DNA of 64,000 nt, from positions 77-64,076 of the forward strand of contig CAZFLL010000009.1 in the NCBI GenBank assembly GCA_964519865.1, read 5' to 3'. A program made the translations under genes and the position numbers. This document shows positions 45,222 through 55,648 of this stretch, piece after piece (position 1 is the stretch's first letter; every line of letters begins with the position of its first letter). Origin of the DNA: an uncultured Chitinophaga sp. (GTDB taxonomy: Bacteria; Bacteroidota; Bacteroidia; Chitinophagales; Chitinophagaceae). The notes under the pieces were generated by a model, which was not told where the DNA came from, did no database searches, and saw only the letters and a list, made by a program, of their open reading frames with translations.

Positions 45222-47735
45222 TCAGAACAGTTCAGGCTGGTTATCCTCCTCTTTCGGTTTCACCCATTCCATTTCTGTTGATTTGCTGTAATCCGCCAGT
45301 TTGGTGCCCACTGTTTTCCAGCCCGTCACTTCGGCAATCTTAGCAATCTTCAGCTTTCCTTTCCGGACCTGTGCGCCCCGGCCCTGCTGCATGGCCAGTA
45401 TCGGTTCATCCACCGTGGTCACCGCTTCGAGGTAATTCCCTTCCCCTTCCTTGATAAACATAAATTTATTCTTCAGGGTCGTGGTTTCGATTTTAAACCG
45501 TTTGACCATAAACTGGCGCTTATCCATATCCACGTAAACGGCCGTTACCAGTCTTTCCGGGTTGAATTTCTCAATGAAAATCACTTTCTCAGAATCCAGT
45601 TTCTGGGTCAGTTCCTGGTCGGTGATCTCATAGTTCCCGTCGCGGAACATGACCAGTATTTTATCCTCCGCTTCAAACACGCCGAGGTAAGAGCCTTTCT
45701 CTTCTGTATTCAACCGGCCAAACTGATCGTCATACCAGAGTTTTTTACCGGCTATGGTGGAACGGCCCTTCTCCTTGAACTTAACTGATTTGATCGGGTA
45801 CTTGGTCACCTGGTTACCCATACTGTTCCGGCCCTTGATCTCCAGCTCTTCGAAATAATAATCAAACTCCTTGATCCGTGCGGTACAGTTACCCAGCACA
45901 ATCTTCACCACTTCCGCTTCCCCGTTGGGATTGGCGGTGAAATAATGCACTTTGGATTTTTCATGCCCTTTCGTGAGGTCATATTCCTTATCCCGGGTAA
46001 TGCCGGTCACATTGAAACGTTTGGCAAAACTCATTCCGCTGGCCCCATCCATATAAATCATATTATAGGTGGTACGTTCATCGTTTTTCTGGAAGACCGC
46101 CGCATGCAGGATATCCTTCCCGATAAAGGCCTTATCAGAAACCTTTACCACTTTCATGATCCCCCGTTTGGCAAATACGATGATATCATCCAGGTCAGAG
46201 CATTCAAACAGTAATTCATCTTTCTTCAGCCCGGTACCAATAAATCCTTCTGCCCGGTTGACGTACAGTTTGGTATTGGCAATGGCCACATGCTTGGCTT
46301 CTATCACTTCAAACTGCCTGATCTCGGTTTTGCGTTCCCGCCCCTTTCCGTATTTCTTCAGTAAATTCTCATAATAGGCAACGGCATAATCCACCAGGTT
46401 GGCCAGGTCAGATTTGACCTGCTTAATTTCCGCTTCCAGTCCGCGGATCTGGTTATTCAGTTCATCAATATCCAGTCTGTAGATACGACGGACCGGCTTT
46501 TCAGTCAGTTTAATAATATCTTCCCGGGAAATATCCCGTTTCAGTTGTTTTTTAAAGGGCGTGAATGCCTTATCAATGGATTCAAGTACCTTATCCCAGG
46601 TCTCATGTTTTTTCTCCAGTTCCTTATAGATCTTTTCTTCAAAGAAGATCTTCTCCAGCGAGGTATAATGCCATTTTTCCTGGAGTTCCCCCAGTTTGAT
46701 CTTCAGTTCCTGTTCCAGCAGGTCCTTGGTTTTATCCACGGATAAGCGCAACAGTTCCTGGACCCCGATAAACTGGGGCTTCTGATCCACGATCACACAG
46801 GCATTCGGGGAAATGGAAACTTCACAATCCGTGAATTTATACAATGCATCTATGGTGATATCCGGTGAAATACCGGGTGCCAGGTCCACCTGGATTTCCA
46901 CTTCAGCCGCTGTATTGTCCGTTACTTTTTTGATTTTGATCTTACCCTGGTCATTGGCTTTTACGATGGATTCCATCATCTGGGTGGTGGTGACCCCGTA
47001 TGGAACACTTTTAATGGCCAATGTTTTCTTGTCAACCTCCTCAATATGGGCTCTTACTTTTACTTTACCACCCCGCTTTCCCTGGTTATAATCCGCCACA
47101 TCAATCATTCCGCCGGTCAGGAAATCCGGGAATAATTCCACTTTACGTCCACGGAGATATTTGATGGCCGCTTCAATGATTTCACAGAAATTATGCGGCA
47201 ATATCTTGGTGGAAAGGCCTACAGCAATCCCATCGGCCCCATGCGCCAGTAACAACGGGAATTTCATGGGGAGGGTTACCGGTTCATTTTTACGACCGTC
47301 ATAACTCAACTGCCATTCCGTGGTTTTGGCATTAAACGCCACTTCCAGGGCAAATTTGCTGAGACGTGCTTCGATATAACGGGCGGCGGCGGCATCATCA
47401 CCCGTCCGTACATCACCCCAGTTACCCTGGGTATCAATAAGCAGGTCTTTCTGCCCCATATTCACGAGGGCGTCACCGATACTGGCATCCCCGTGCGGGT
47501 GATACTGCATGGCCTGCCCGATAATATTGGCCACTTTATTAAATCGTCCGTCATCCATTTCCTTCATGGCATGGAGGATACGGCGCTGTACGGGTTTGAG
47601 TCCGTCTTCCACGGCCGGCACGGCTCTTTCAAGGATTACATAGGAAGCGTAATCCAGGAACCAGCTCTTGTACTGCCCGTGCAGTCCGCTGTCATTGTTC
47701 TGTACGTCTGTGATTTTATTCTTTGCTGCGCTCAT
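45222..47735 (-). CDS. parC: DNA topoisomerase IV subunit A (Bacteroidota type)
   Basis: DGLKPVQRRIL, YHPHGD, AAARYIEARL; no GyrA-box seen in the CTD. Confidence 0.9.
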   Translation of the reverse strand: MSAAKNKITDVQNNDSGLHGQYKSWFLDYASYVILERAVPAVEDGLKPVQRRILHAMKEMDDGRFNKVANIIGQAMQYHPHGDASIGDALVNMGQKDLLIDTQGNWGDVRTGDDAAAARYIEARLSKFALEVAFNAKTTEWQLSYDGRKNEPVTLPMKFPLLLAHGADGIAVGLSTKILPHNFCEIIEAAIKYLRGRKVELFPDFLTGGMIDVADYNQGKRGGKVKVRAHIEEVDKKTLAIKSVPYGVTTTQMMESIVKANDQGKIKIKKVTDNTAAEVEIQVDLAPGISPDITIDALYKFTDCEVSISPNACVIVDQKPQFIGVQELLRLSVDKTKDLLEQELKIKLGELQEKWHYTSLEKIFFEEKIYKELEKKHETWDKVLESIDKAFTPFKKQLKRDISREDIIKLTEKPVRRIYRLDIDELNNQIRGLEAEIKQVKSDLANLVDYAVAYYENLLKKYGKGRERKTEIRQFEVIEAKHVAIANTKLYVNRAEGFIGTGLKKDELLFECSDLDDIIVFAKRGIMKVVKVSDKAFIGKDILHAAVFQKNDERTTYNMIYMDGASGMSFAKRFNVTGITRDKEYDLTKGHEKSKVHYFTANPNGEAEVVKIVLGNCTARIKEFDYYFEELEIKGRNSMGNQVTKYPIKSVKFKEKGRSTIAGKKLWYDDQFGRLNTEEKGSYLGVFEAEDKILVMFRDGNYEITDQELTQKLDSEKVIFIEKFNPERLVTAVYVDMDKRQFMVKRFKIETTTLKNKFMFIKEGEGNYLEAVTTVDEPILAMQQGRGAQVRKGKLKIAKIAEVTGWKTVGTKLADYSKSTEMEWVKPKEEDNQPELF

Positions 47736-47749
47736 AATGCTCCTTCTGT

Positions 47750-48598
47750 CTATTGTGCTGCTTCTGCAGTTATTTCATTTGTTTGTTGCTTCGCACCGGC
47801 CAGTTTTACATCAAAATCCTTCCAGGCTTTGCTGCTATCCCCGGTGATTTCGATCTTGCCATCGGCGATCAGTTGTTTCATCCGCCACATCAGGAAAATA
47901 TCCCCGGTTTTAATTTTCATCCGGTTAAGTGTGTTACTCAATACCCGGGTGGCTTTCTGCCATTCGCCGGTAATATTTTTCAAAATTTCACTGTCATAAA
48001 AACTGTCTTCCTTGCCGGATATTTTTTTACCTCCTTCCAGGATTCTTACCACCGCATTTTCCTCTGTTAATTTTCTCCATTCATCCGGATCAATCTCAAA
48101 CTCACTTAAGGTAACCGGGCGGGCCAGCTTTTTCGCCTTGGTGAATTCACGGGGCTGGATTTCGTGCAGCCAGGAAGGATAAAATATATGCCCCTTTTCA
48201 TTGATGAAAGGAAGGTTATTCATGTACAGGATCATGATCCGGCCCTGGAATTCGCGTAACTGCGGCATCAGCCAGTAATAGCCCATCACATCGTGCTGGT
48301 TCTGTCCCATCCATATCCACAATTCCTCAGCCGGATCCATTGTCAGCTTATCTTTTACGGCCGCAACAGTCTGCCGGTCATCAAAGCTGCCGGCAATCTC
48401 ACTATAAGGCGAACCCTGTGACAGATGATTCCACCAGGCCAGCCGGGCCTGCCAGCCTTCTTCTGTATCCAGTTGCTGCAGTGGTCCTACAGCAAAATCA
48501 TCCCGGATCAGTACTACTTCACCGGCCAGGCTTTCATCCAGTCCGGCGACTTCTTCCAGCAGGGCCACTTCTGATTCGTTAAACACAATATGTATCAT
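47750..48598 (-). CDS. DUF1835/DUF3658-like protein (start MIHIV)
   Basis: IHIVF, DDFAVGPL, W-G-N-HD, C-terminal GDIFLMWRMKQLI winged-helix-like segment. Confidence 0.75.
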   Translation of the reverse strand: MIHIVFNESEVALLEEVAGLDESLAGEVVLIRDDFAVGPLQQLDTEEGWQARLAWWNHLSQGSPYSEIAGSFDDRQTVAAVKDKLTMDPAEELWIWMGQNQHDVMGYYWLMPQLREFQGRIMILYMNNLPFINEKGHIFYPSWLHEIQPREFTKAKKLARPVTLSEFEIDPDEWRKLTEENAVVRILEGGKKISGKEDSFYDSEILKNITGEWQKATRVLSNTLNRMKIKTGDIFLMWRMKQLIADGKIEITGDSSKAWKDFDVKLAGAKQQTNEITAEAAQ

Positions 48599-48599
48599 A

Positions 48600-49388
48600 C
48601 TAATTGTTTGTCGGTTGAATACTGTAATAAACACAGGTGGTCAGGAAATTCCTGAAAAAAGGAATGGCTTTGATCAGGCCGGCCTGTTTCCGGGCTTTCC
48701 ATCCGAATTTCCATTCATAGATCGGGTTCAGCAGGTAATGCCGGTTATCCAGGAATCCATATCCCTGTTGGCGGCAGATTTTTTCAAACCGCTCTATACT
48801 GATGCCTGTTTCCCGGATCTCCATCATTTCCTCCACGTTCTCCTTCCGGTTTTTTAAAATCCATTTATACAAAAAGGATGGAAGCAAATGTATATAGGGG
48901 AGCCTGGATATTTTCGATTTGCAGATCTGCTGATGGCCGCCAAACGGCATATACCAGGGTGGGAAACCAAAGAAAATGATCCCCCCTGGCTTAAGAAATT
49001 TTTTCATCCAGCCGATCAGTTTTGACTGATCATGGATATGTTCGATCACATCCTTCAGCACGATGATGTCAAAGAGACCGTTGAAATCCTTATCAGTATC
49101 CACCAGGTAGATATCCTTAACCACAAAGCTCAGCCGGCCGGCAGCAATATCTGCTGGTAAATATTCCCGGGCCAGGTCGATCCTGGGCGCATCCAGTTCC
49201 ACCCCCACCCCTTCACATCCTTTATTGATAAAAGCTTTCAGTACCCCGCCCTCCCCACATCCGATCTCGAGTACCCGCATACCGGGACGGATCGGAAATT
49301 TCTCTTCAATAAAAGGGATTACATATTTTTCCGCATTCATTACCTGAATGTCAAAATATCTTTTTCTATCCGCGTGAAATTCAAACAT
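48600..49388 (-). CDS. Class I SAM-dependent methyltransferase
   Basis: VLEIGCGEGG, FDIIVLKDVIEH, LKPGG. Confidence 0.92.
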   Translation of the reverse strand: MFEFHADRKRYFDIQVMNAEKYVIPFIEEKFPIRPGMRVLEIGCGEGGVLKAFINKGCEGVGVELDAPRIDLAREYLPADIAAGRLSFVVKDIYLVDTDKDFNGLFDIIVLKDVIEHIHDQSKLIGWMKKFLKPGGIIFFGFPPWYMPFGGHQQICKSKISRLPYIHLLPSFLYKWILKNRKENVEEMMEIRETGISIERFEKICRQQGYGFLDNRHYLLNPIYEWKFGWKARKQAGLIKAIPFFRNFLTTCVYYSIQPTNN

Positions 49389-49390
49389 GG

Positions 49391-51289
49391 TTATACAGGT
49401 TCTTCCACTTTATCTGTTTCAATACGAAGGTTGCCAATAATGAACTCCTGGCGGTCGGGGGTATTCTTGCCCATATAATATTCAAGGAGATGCTGAATAT
49501 GATCGCCTTCTTCCACCCGCATCAGTTGTTTGCGCATATCCTGGGCGATAAACTGGGCAAATTCATCCGGACTGATTTCTCCCAATCCTTTAAAACGGGT
49601 GACCTCCGGTTTTGTCCCCAGTTTTTTCATGGCCGCCTGTTTTTCGTTTTCATCGTAACAGTATATTGTTTCCTGTTTATTCCGGACACGGAATAGCGGG
49701 GTCTCCAGGACATATACTTTTTCATGCTTTACCAGGTCCGGGAAAAACTGGAGGAAGAATGTCATCAGCAGGAGACGGATGTGCATTCCATCCACATCGG
49801 CATCGGTTGCAATCACCACATTATTGAAACGCAGTCCGTCCAGGCCTTCTTCAATATTCAGGGCGTGTTGCAGTAAATTGAACTCTTCATTTTCATACAC
49901 CACTTTTTTGGTCAGACCAAAACAGTTGAGCGGTTTACCCCGCAGGCTGAATACAGCCTGCGTTTCAACATTACGGGCTTTGGTGATTGATCCGCTGGCA
50001 CTGTCGCCCTCTGTAATAAAAATGGTGGTTTCTTTTTGCTTGGCCACAAATTCCTCTTTGCCTTTTGCCGGTGGATCATCATCCAGGTGGTAGCGGCAAT
50101 CGCGCAGTTTCCGGTTGTGCAGGTTGGCTTTTTTGGCCCTTTCATTGGCCAGCTTTTTAATACCGGCCAGTTCTTTTCTTTCCCGCTCACTTTGCTCGAT
50201 CCGCTTTTTCATGGCCTCGGCAATGGCGGGGTTCTTGTGCAGGAAATTATCCAGTTCCTTGGACAGGAAATCACCCACAAACTGTTTCATACTCGGACCT
50301 TCCAGGTCCACATTGACTGAACCGAGTTTGGTCTTGGTCTGTGATTCAAATACCGGTTCCACCACCCTTACAGAAACGGCGGCCACAATACCTGTACGGA
50401 TATCGGAAGCATCATAGTCTTTTTTAAAGAAATCACGGATTGTTTTTACATAGGCCTCACGGAAAGCCTGCTGGTGGGTACCGCCCTGGGTGGTATGCTG
50501 GCCGTTCACGAAACTGTAAATATCCTCGCCGTAGTCATTATTATGGGTGATGGCCACTTCAATATCCTCGCCGGTGATATGGATGATCGGGTAACGGATC
50601 TCATCCTCATTGGTCTTGCGTTGCAGCAGGTCCAGTAACCCGTTTTTACTGATAAAGGATTTGCCATTGAAGTGGATCTTTAATCCCGCGTTCAGGAAGC
50701 AATAGTTCCAGATCTGGTTCTCGAGGAATTCCGGAAGGAATTTAAAATTCTTAAAAACGGTTTCATCCGGGATGAACGTGACCAGGGTGCCATTCTGTTC
50801 GGTGGTTTTCGCTTCTTTATGTTCCTTGATCAGCACTCCTCTTTCGAATTCGGCTGTTTTTTCCTTTCCTTCCCGGATAGCAGTCACTTTAAAATAATGA
50901 CTGAGTGCGTTTACTGCTTTTGTACCAACCCCGTTCAGCCCCACAGATTTCTGGAAAGCCTTACTGTCATATTTGGCCCCGGTATTGATTTTACTCACCA
51001 CATCCACCACTTTTCCAAGGGGTATACCACGTCCATAATCCCTGACAGTCACTGTTTTTCCATCGATAGTCAGTTCCACTGATTTTCCGTAACCCATGGT
51101 ATATTCATCGATACAGTTATCCATGACTTCCTTGACCAGGACATAGATTCCGTCATCCGGTGAAGCGCCATCTCCCAGCTTACCAATATACATACCTGGC
51201 CGTAGCCGGATATGTTCTTTCCAGTCAAGTGATTTGATACTGTCTTCGGTATAGTCAAACAGGTTCGTTGTGTCTTTGTCCTTTGCCAT
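49391..51289 (-). CDS. parE: DNA topoisomerase IV subunit B (start MAKDK)
   Basis: [45 protein letters not shown]. Confidence 0.9.
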   Translation of the reverse strand: MAKDKDTTNLFDYTEDSIKSLDWKEHIRLRPGMYIGKLGDGASPDDGIYVLVKEVMDNCIDEYTMGYGKSVELTIDGKTVTVRDYGRGIPLGKVVDVVSKINTGAKYDSKAFQKSVGLNGVGTKAVNALSHYFKVTAIREGKEKTAEFERGVLIKEHKEAKTTEQNGTLVTFIPDETVFKNFKFLPEFLENQIWNYCFLNAGLKIHFNGKSFISKNGLLDLLQRKTNEDEIRYPIIHITGEDIEVAITHNNDYGEDIYSFVNGQHTTQGGTHQQAFREAYVKTIRDFFKKDYDASDIRTGIVAAVSVRVVEPVFESQTKTKLGSVNVDLEGPSMKQFVGDFLSKELDNFLHKNPAIAEAMKKRIEQSERERKELAGIKKLANERAKKANLHNRKLRDCRYHLDDDPPAKGKEEFVAKQKETTIFITEGDSASGSITKARNVETQAVFSLRGKPLNCFGLTKKVVYENEEFNLLQHALNIEEGLDGLRFNNVVIATDADVDGMHIRLLLMTFFLQFFPDLVKHEKVYVLETPLFRVRNKQETIYCYDENEKQAAMKKLGTKPEVTRFKGLGEISPDEFAQFIAQDMRKQLMRVEEGDHIQHLLEYYMGKNTPDRQEFIIGNLRIETDKVEEPV

Positions 51290-51411
51290 GGTCACGGTAC
51301 GTTCAGAAATAGATTTGAAATGTTTTTCTTATGGTTATCGGCCGGCCCCCCATTCCGGGGTGGTCATTCCGGCAAATATACCAAAACCGACCTGCCGGAG
51401 AGGATTTAGAG

Positions 51412-51431
51412 TTATTCACAGATGGGGATAA
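51412..51431. promoter_or_regulatory. Inverted pair of DnaA-box-like motifs upstream of parE
   Basis: TTATTCACA (+), 2 nt, then TTATCCCCA (-); -7 element TATATTTG at 51373-51380. Confidence 0.5.
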
Positions 51432-51473
51432 GAAGGGTGATCGTTGTAAAAAAATCAGGGGTGAGAGTTAGGA

Positions 51474-51507
51474 GTTTGTAGTTAGTAGTTAGTAGTTAGT
51501 AGTCAAC
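51474..51507. repeat. TAGTTAG heptamer tract
   Basis: gtttgtagttagtagttagtagttagtagtcaac. Confidence 0.85.
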
Positions 51508-51656
51508 TTGACAAAAGACTATGAGAATTCGATTACTACCTGAGGAGAAATCTAAAAAGTAATTCCTTCTTAATAATTGAATACGACCTTAGGAGGCTTT
51601 GGAAATTGTCTTTTGATGCATATTTGGATTCTTGTTTCTTAGGTTCTTGCTACTTA

Positions 51657-51690
51657 CCCAAAAAGCCAGGGTGACGCCTGGCTTTTTGGG
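51657..51690 (-). terminator. Perfect 14-bp hairpin directly after tRNA-Lys
   Basis: cccaaaaagccagg-gtgacg-cctggctttttggg. Confidence 0.85.
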
Positions 51691-51693
51691 TTG

Positions 51694-51766
51694 TGACCCC
51701 GCAGGGACTCGAACCCTGGGCCTATTGATTAAGAGTCAATAGCTCTACCAACTGAGCTACGGAGTC
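51694..51766 (-). tRNA. tRNA-Lys (anticodon CTT), CCA not encoded
   Basis: GACTCCG/CGGGGTC acceptor stem, D arm GCTC-AGTTGGTA-GAGC, anticodon loop CT-CTT-AA, T loop TTCGAGT. Confidence 0.97.
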
Positions 51767-52170
51767 ATTCTACCTGCTTTCAGGCAGTGATGCAAATTAA
51801 AAAGAAGAGGGATTCTGAATGGTGATTTTTATCAAAAAACAGTTGCGTTTCAGTCATGTTTTCTTGGAATTCGTTTTGCTAAGGCTAACATGAAAAAATT
51901 GGAATCAGATTATACACGAAGACACTTTTATTAAATCAAATAATTAAATATTTTATATATATTATTGATATTCAAATACATAAATTAATTAAATTCTGAT
52001 CAAATTATTGAAAATATGAAATTTAACCCCTGAGAATACCGGGTTTTTGTAAATTTGTAATTGAGCTAACCCCCCAAATTCTTCCCATTTACGAGGAGTT
52101 GAATATGTGAATACGGACCCTGAAAGTCCCGGATATTGTTGGCCTGTTTACGTTTAAAAAAAGAGGAATT

Positions 52171-52440
52171 ATGTATACGTATGAATTGCTGGAAACCGGG
52201 TGCTATTACCTGGTGAAAGAGAAGGAAGATTCCCCTGTGATCCTGATTCGTGTGGCAGTAGCCACTGATCATTGTCAGTTTGTGCAGCATTATGACGAAC
52301 CGATGGAGACCAGTTGGAAAATGAAAAAAGACCCCCTGTTTGATATTATTGAATGCCTGAGTGATGATGCGGTAAAAGCCTGGGAAGTGTACTACCGCAG
52401 CAGCCAGGACGCTTTTTTCGGGGAGGACGAGGACGAATAA
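52171..52440 (+). CDS. Small acidic hypothetical protein
   Basis: 89 aa ORF, TAAATTTG -7 at 52050-52057, acidic tail FFGEDEDE. Confidence 0.75.
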   Translation: MYTYELLETGCYYLVKEKEDSPVILIRVAVATDHCQFVQHYDEPMETSWKMKKDPLFDIIECLSDDAVKAWEVYYRSSQDAFFGEDEDE

Positions 52441-52506
52441 TCCGCTGGTGTAAATTCCGGCGGGCAGTGATTGAAAAAAGGTATTTTAGCCATTCAATCA
52501 TTGAAC

Positions 52507-53967
52507 ATGCGCAACAACACCTCTTCAACGGCTTTACTGCTGTTTTTATTTACCTGTATCAGCCTGCTCAGTTCCGCACAGGAAGATTTTCTGCCCAACG
52601 ATTACCTGGGAAAGGAATTTTATGCGGGCCGGCGTGAAGCCCTGAGGGCTTCCATGCCTGATAGTTCCGTTACCGTGATATTCGCCTACCCGACCCGTAC
52701 ATTTTCCAATGACGTGGAATATCTCTACCATGCCAACCCGGATATGTATTATTTCAGCGGGTATAAAGAACCTCATTCCCTGCTGATGATATTTAAAGAA
52801 CCCCAGACTGATTCGGCCGGGAATACCTTTAAAGAAGTCTTATTTGTACAAAAGCGGAATCCGCAGGCGGAACAGTGGACCGGTAAAAGAATGGGCACTG
52901 AAGGAGCCAGGGAAAAACTGGGCATCCAGGCCGTTTTCAACGGGGCTGAATTCAGGAATTTCCCCGTCGATTTCACCCGCTTTAAAAAGATATTATTTGA
53001 TAAGCTGCCCGCTGATGTAACGAACGGGAATGACAAAGCGGACCTGTTTGACCTGCTCGAGCAATTCCGACAGAAAACCAACCTGGCTGACAAAGCCATG
53101 CAAGGCAAGGCAGACAGCCGGATGTATTACGAGCTGACCGGGAAACTTCGACGGATCAAAACCCCGGACGAAATGAACCTGTTACGGAAAGCGGTTGAGA
53201 TATCCTGCCAGGCACATAATGAAGTGATGAAAACCATTCATCCCGGTATGTCGGAACTGGAGATCCAGGGACTGCAGGAATATGTCCATAAAAAACAGGG
53301 CGCTGAAGGGGTTGGCTATGGATCAATTGTGGGCTCCGGTGAAAATGGCTGCGTGCTGCACTATATGGAAAATACCAAGACCAGGATCGGTGGTTCCATG
53401 CTCCTGATGGATGTGGGTGCAGAGTACCATGGTTATTCTGCGGATGTAACCCGCACGATCCCGGCAGATGGTAAATTCTCCGCTGAGGAAAGAGCCATTT
53501 ACCAGCTGGTTTATGATGCCCAGGAAGCCGCCTTCAAAACCCTGAAGAACGGATCAAAATTTGCAGATGCCAGCAATGCGGCCAGGGAAACCATTGCAGA
53601 TGGCCTGGTAAAACTGGGCGTGATCAAAGACAAAAAGGAAGTCTGGAAATTTTACCCCCATGGACTTGGCCATCATATCGGGCTGGATGTACATGACCGG
53701 GGCGCCATGGAAACCCTGCTGAAGGATATGGTCATTACCATTGAACCGGGTATCTATATCCCGTCCAACAGTGATTGTGATAAAAAATGGTGGGGTATTG
53801 CAGTCAGGATAGAAGATGATGCCCTGATCACGGAAAACGGGTATGAACTCCTCTCCCGTTTTGCCCCACGGAAAATAGAGGATATTGAAAAGATGATCAG
53901 CCAGAAAAGTGCCCTGGATAATTTTAAACTGGACCCGCTGGAATCAGGTAAGAAAAAAGGATTTTAA
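52507..53967 (+). CDS. pepP: Xaa-Pro aminopeptidase (M24B), exported (start MRNNT)
   Basis: DVGAEYHGYSADVTR, HGLGHHIGLDVHD, TIEPG, RIED. Confidence 0.93.
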   Translation: MRNNTSSTALLLFLFTCISLLSSAQEDFLPNDYLGKEFYAGRREALRASMPDSSVTVIFAYPTRTFSNDVEYLYHANPDMYYFSGYKEPHSLLMIFKEPQTDSAGNTFKEVLFVQKRNPQAEQWTGKRMGTEGAREKLGIQAVFNGAEFRNFPVDFTRFKKILFDKLPADVTNGNDKADLFDLLEQFRQKTNLADKAMQGKADSRMYYELTGKLRRIKTPDEMNLLRKAVEISCQAHNEVMKTIHPGMSELEIQGLQEYVHKKQGAEGVGYGSIVGSGENGCVLHYMENTKTRIGGSMLLMDVGAEYHGYSADVTRTIPADGKFSAEERAIYQLVYDAQEAAFKTLKNGSKFADASNAARETIADGLVKLGVIKDKKEVWKFYPHGLGHHIGLDVHDRGAMETLLKDMVITIEPGIYIPSNSDCDKKWWGIAVRIEDDALITENGYELLSRFAPRKIEDIEKMISQKSALDNFKLDPLESGKKKGF

Positions 53968-54030
53968 GAAATCAGCGATTCGGTCCTGGTTAATATTTAA
54001 TGAAATGACCCGGAAGATGATTGAAAATAA

Positions 54031-54064
54031 AAAAGGGAGCCTTGCAGATCAGGGCTCCCTTTTA
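54031..54064. terminator. Bidirectional terminator
   Basis: aaaagggagcc...ggctccctttt between convergent genes. Confidence 0.85.
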
Positions 54065-54080
54065 ATATACTAAAACCGTA

Positions 54081-55541
54081 TTACTGGTAAACAAAATTGA
54101 AAGTACCACCAGTAATGGATACCGATGCGCCGCCCGAATCTTTCACAGTACCGGAAAATGTACCAATGATGGTTTTGGTACTGGTATTATGGGAAGTGAC
54201 TTTATAAATAATACTGGTTCCCGCAATATTTGAATTGGCCTGCCAGTCCTGTCCGGTACTTGAAAGAAATACAAAGGTCCCGGTATTTGTTGTAGGAAGA
54301 TTGGATGTGTTATACGTTTCATTATTACTAATGCCTCCGGAAATATCAATCAGACCAAGTGAAAACTGGTCCGGCTGCGCATTATCACCCTGAAATACGA
54401 GGAGATTTATACCGCTTTGTACAGTAAGAATAGCCATAGCGGACACTCCCTGGTAAGTGGTACTACCGGCAGTAAACTTCCAGTTTACTGCCGCAGCGGC
54501 TGTGCAGGTTACCGGGAATGAGCAAGGGGTGGTTCCGGGAACAGGGATATTAAAAGTGCCTGAAGCTGTTGGCGTTCCAGAACCGGTAAGGTCAATGGTT
54601 ACAGGTCCGGTTGTACTGAAGGTTCCGCTGGCGGAGAATGTCATACCGTTGGTGGCTGTTGTAACAATATTATAAGGACCGGCAGTGGCCACATTTACCG
54701 TTATACTCACGGTATTGGAAGCCGTCAGTGGCGTTCCGGCCTGGTATGTTCCGTTGACAACAGCACTGGCACAATTGAAGGCAAAGGTTCCCCCCGTTAC
54801 TGTGGTTACCTGGAAACTACAGCTGGAAGACCCGGCAGTTACAGGTATGGTTACTGAGCCCGCAGTACCGGAAAGTGTTCCGGAACCGGTAAGAACCACG
54901 GGCTGCACACCGATGGACAGGAAAGCCCCGCTGCCGCTAAAGGTCATTCCGTTAGTGGCGGTTGTAGTGATATTATATGTTCCAATGGTTGTTACATTGA
55001 CCGAAAGTGTAACAGCATTGCTGCCGTTCAGGGCTGTCCCGATGATATAGTTACCACTGGCCGTGGCGCCTGAGCAGGAAGCAGGGCTACCTGTTCCCTG
55101 CAGCGTGAATACGGCCGGACCTCCAGCGCCAGAAGGCAAAACAGTAACCTGTACGTCACAATAAGTGCTATCGAAACTGACGGCAAAATTATTCACCCCT
55201 GAAGCAAAGGGTGTCCCGTTACTTAACAGGGTTACCTGGTTAATTCCGGTTGAGGTAAACAGGCCGCTGGCACTGAAAAAATACCCGTTTACCGTATCCG
55301 TGGTAATATGGTAGGAGCCCGCCTCTGCCACGCTCACACTGATAGTTATTGTATTGGTAGCTGGCACAAGTGCTGTACCGGCCACATAAGTGCCGTTAAC
55401 TGTTTTTGGTAGACAATCACCTGTAATGTCACTTTGAAGACTACCTTGTGCAGGCGTGCTCGTCCCTTCAAAACTCAGTTCTTTTGCACATCCTGCCAAC
55501 AGCGTTACAGCCAGCAATAAAACTCCGATTTTGCATTTCAT
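54081..55541 (-). CDS. Lipoprotein with three tandem ~100-aa Thr/Gly-rich beta repeats
   Basis: Lipobox LAGC; repeated G-Y--GT-L--SN-V---V-V-T-G-Y-I-T---NG--FS-SG-F---G. Confidence 0.85.
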   Translation of the reverse strand: MKCKIGVLLLAVTLLAGCAKELSFEGTSTPAQGSLQSDITGDCLPKTVNGTYVAGTALVPATNTITISVSVAEAGSYHITTDTVNGYFFSASGLFTSTGINQVTLLSNGTPFASGVNNFAVSFDSTYCDVQVTVLPSGAGGPAVFTLQGTGSPASCSGATASGNYIIGTALNGSNAVTLSVNVTTIGTYNITTTATNGMTFSGSGAFLSIGVQPVVLTGSGTLSGTAGSVTIPVTAGSSSCSFQVTTVTGGTFAFNCASAVVNGTYQAGTPLTASNTVSITVNVATAGPYNIVTTATNGMTFSASGTFSTTGPVTIDLTGSGTPTASGTFNIPVPGTTPCSFPVTCTAAAAVNWKFTAGSTTYQGVSAMAILTVQSGINLLVFQGDNAQPDQFSLGLIDISGGISNNETYNTSNLPTTNTGTFVFLSSTGQDWQANSNIAGTSIIYKVTSHNTSTKTIIGTFSGTVKDSGGASVSITGGTFNFVYQ

Positions 55542-55648
55542 AATCCTGGATCCCTTTAAAACGATAAAAATAAGACTATTTTGAATATTGATTTCATCCT
55601 GGTACGAATCTGGCTTTAACAGGCAAATATTATGCTATTTTTGCCCAA

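Noticed and set aside
51474-51660. Short repeats as a CRISPR array
   Set aside because: They are 7-nt tandem units without unique spacers, and no cas genes are present.
51657-51766. tRNA-Lys as the boundary of an integrated element
   Set aside because: There is no integrase and no duplicated tRNA 3' end in the window, and a terminator follows immediately. At most it is an empty site.
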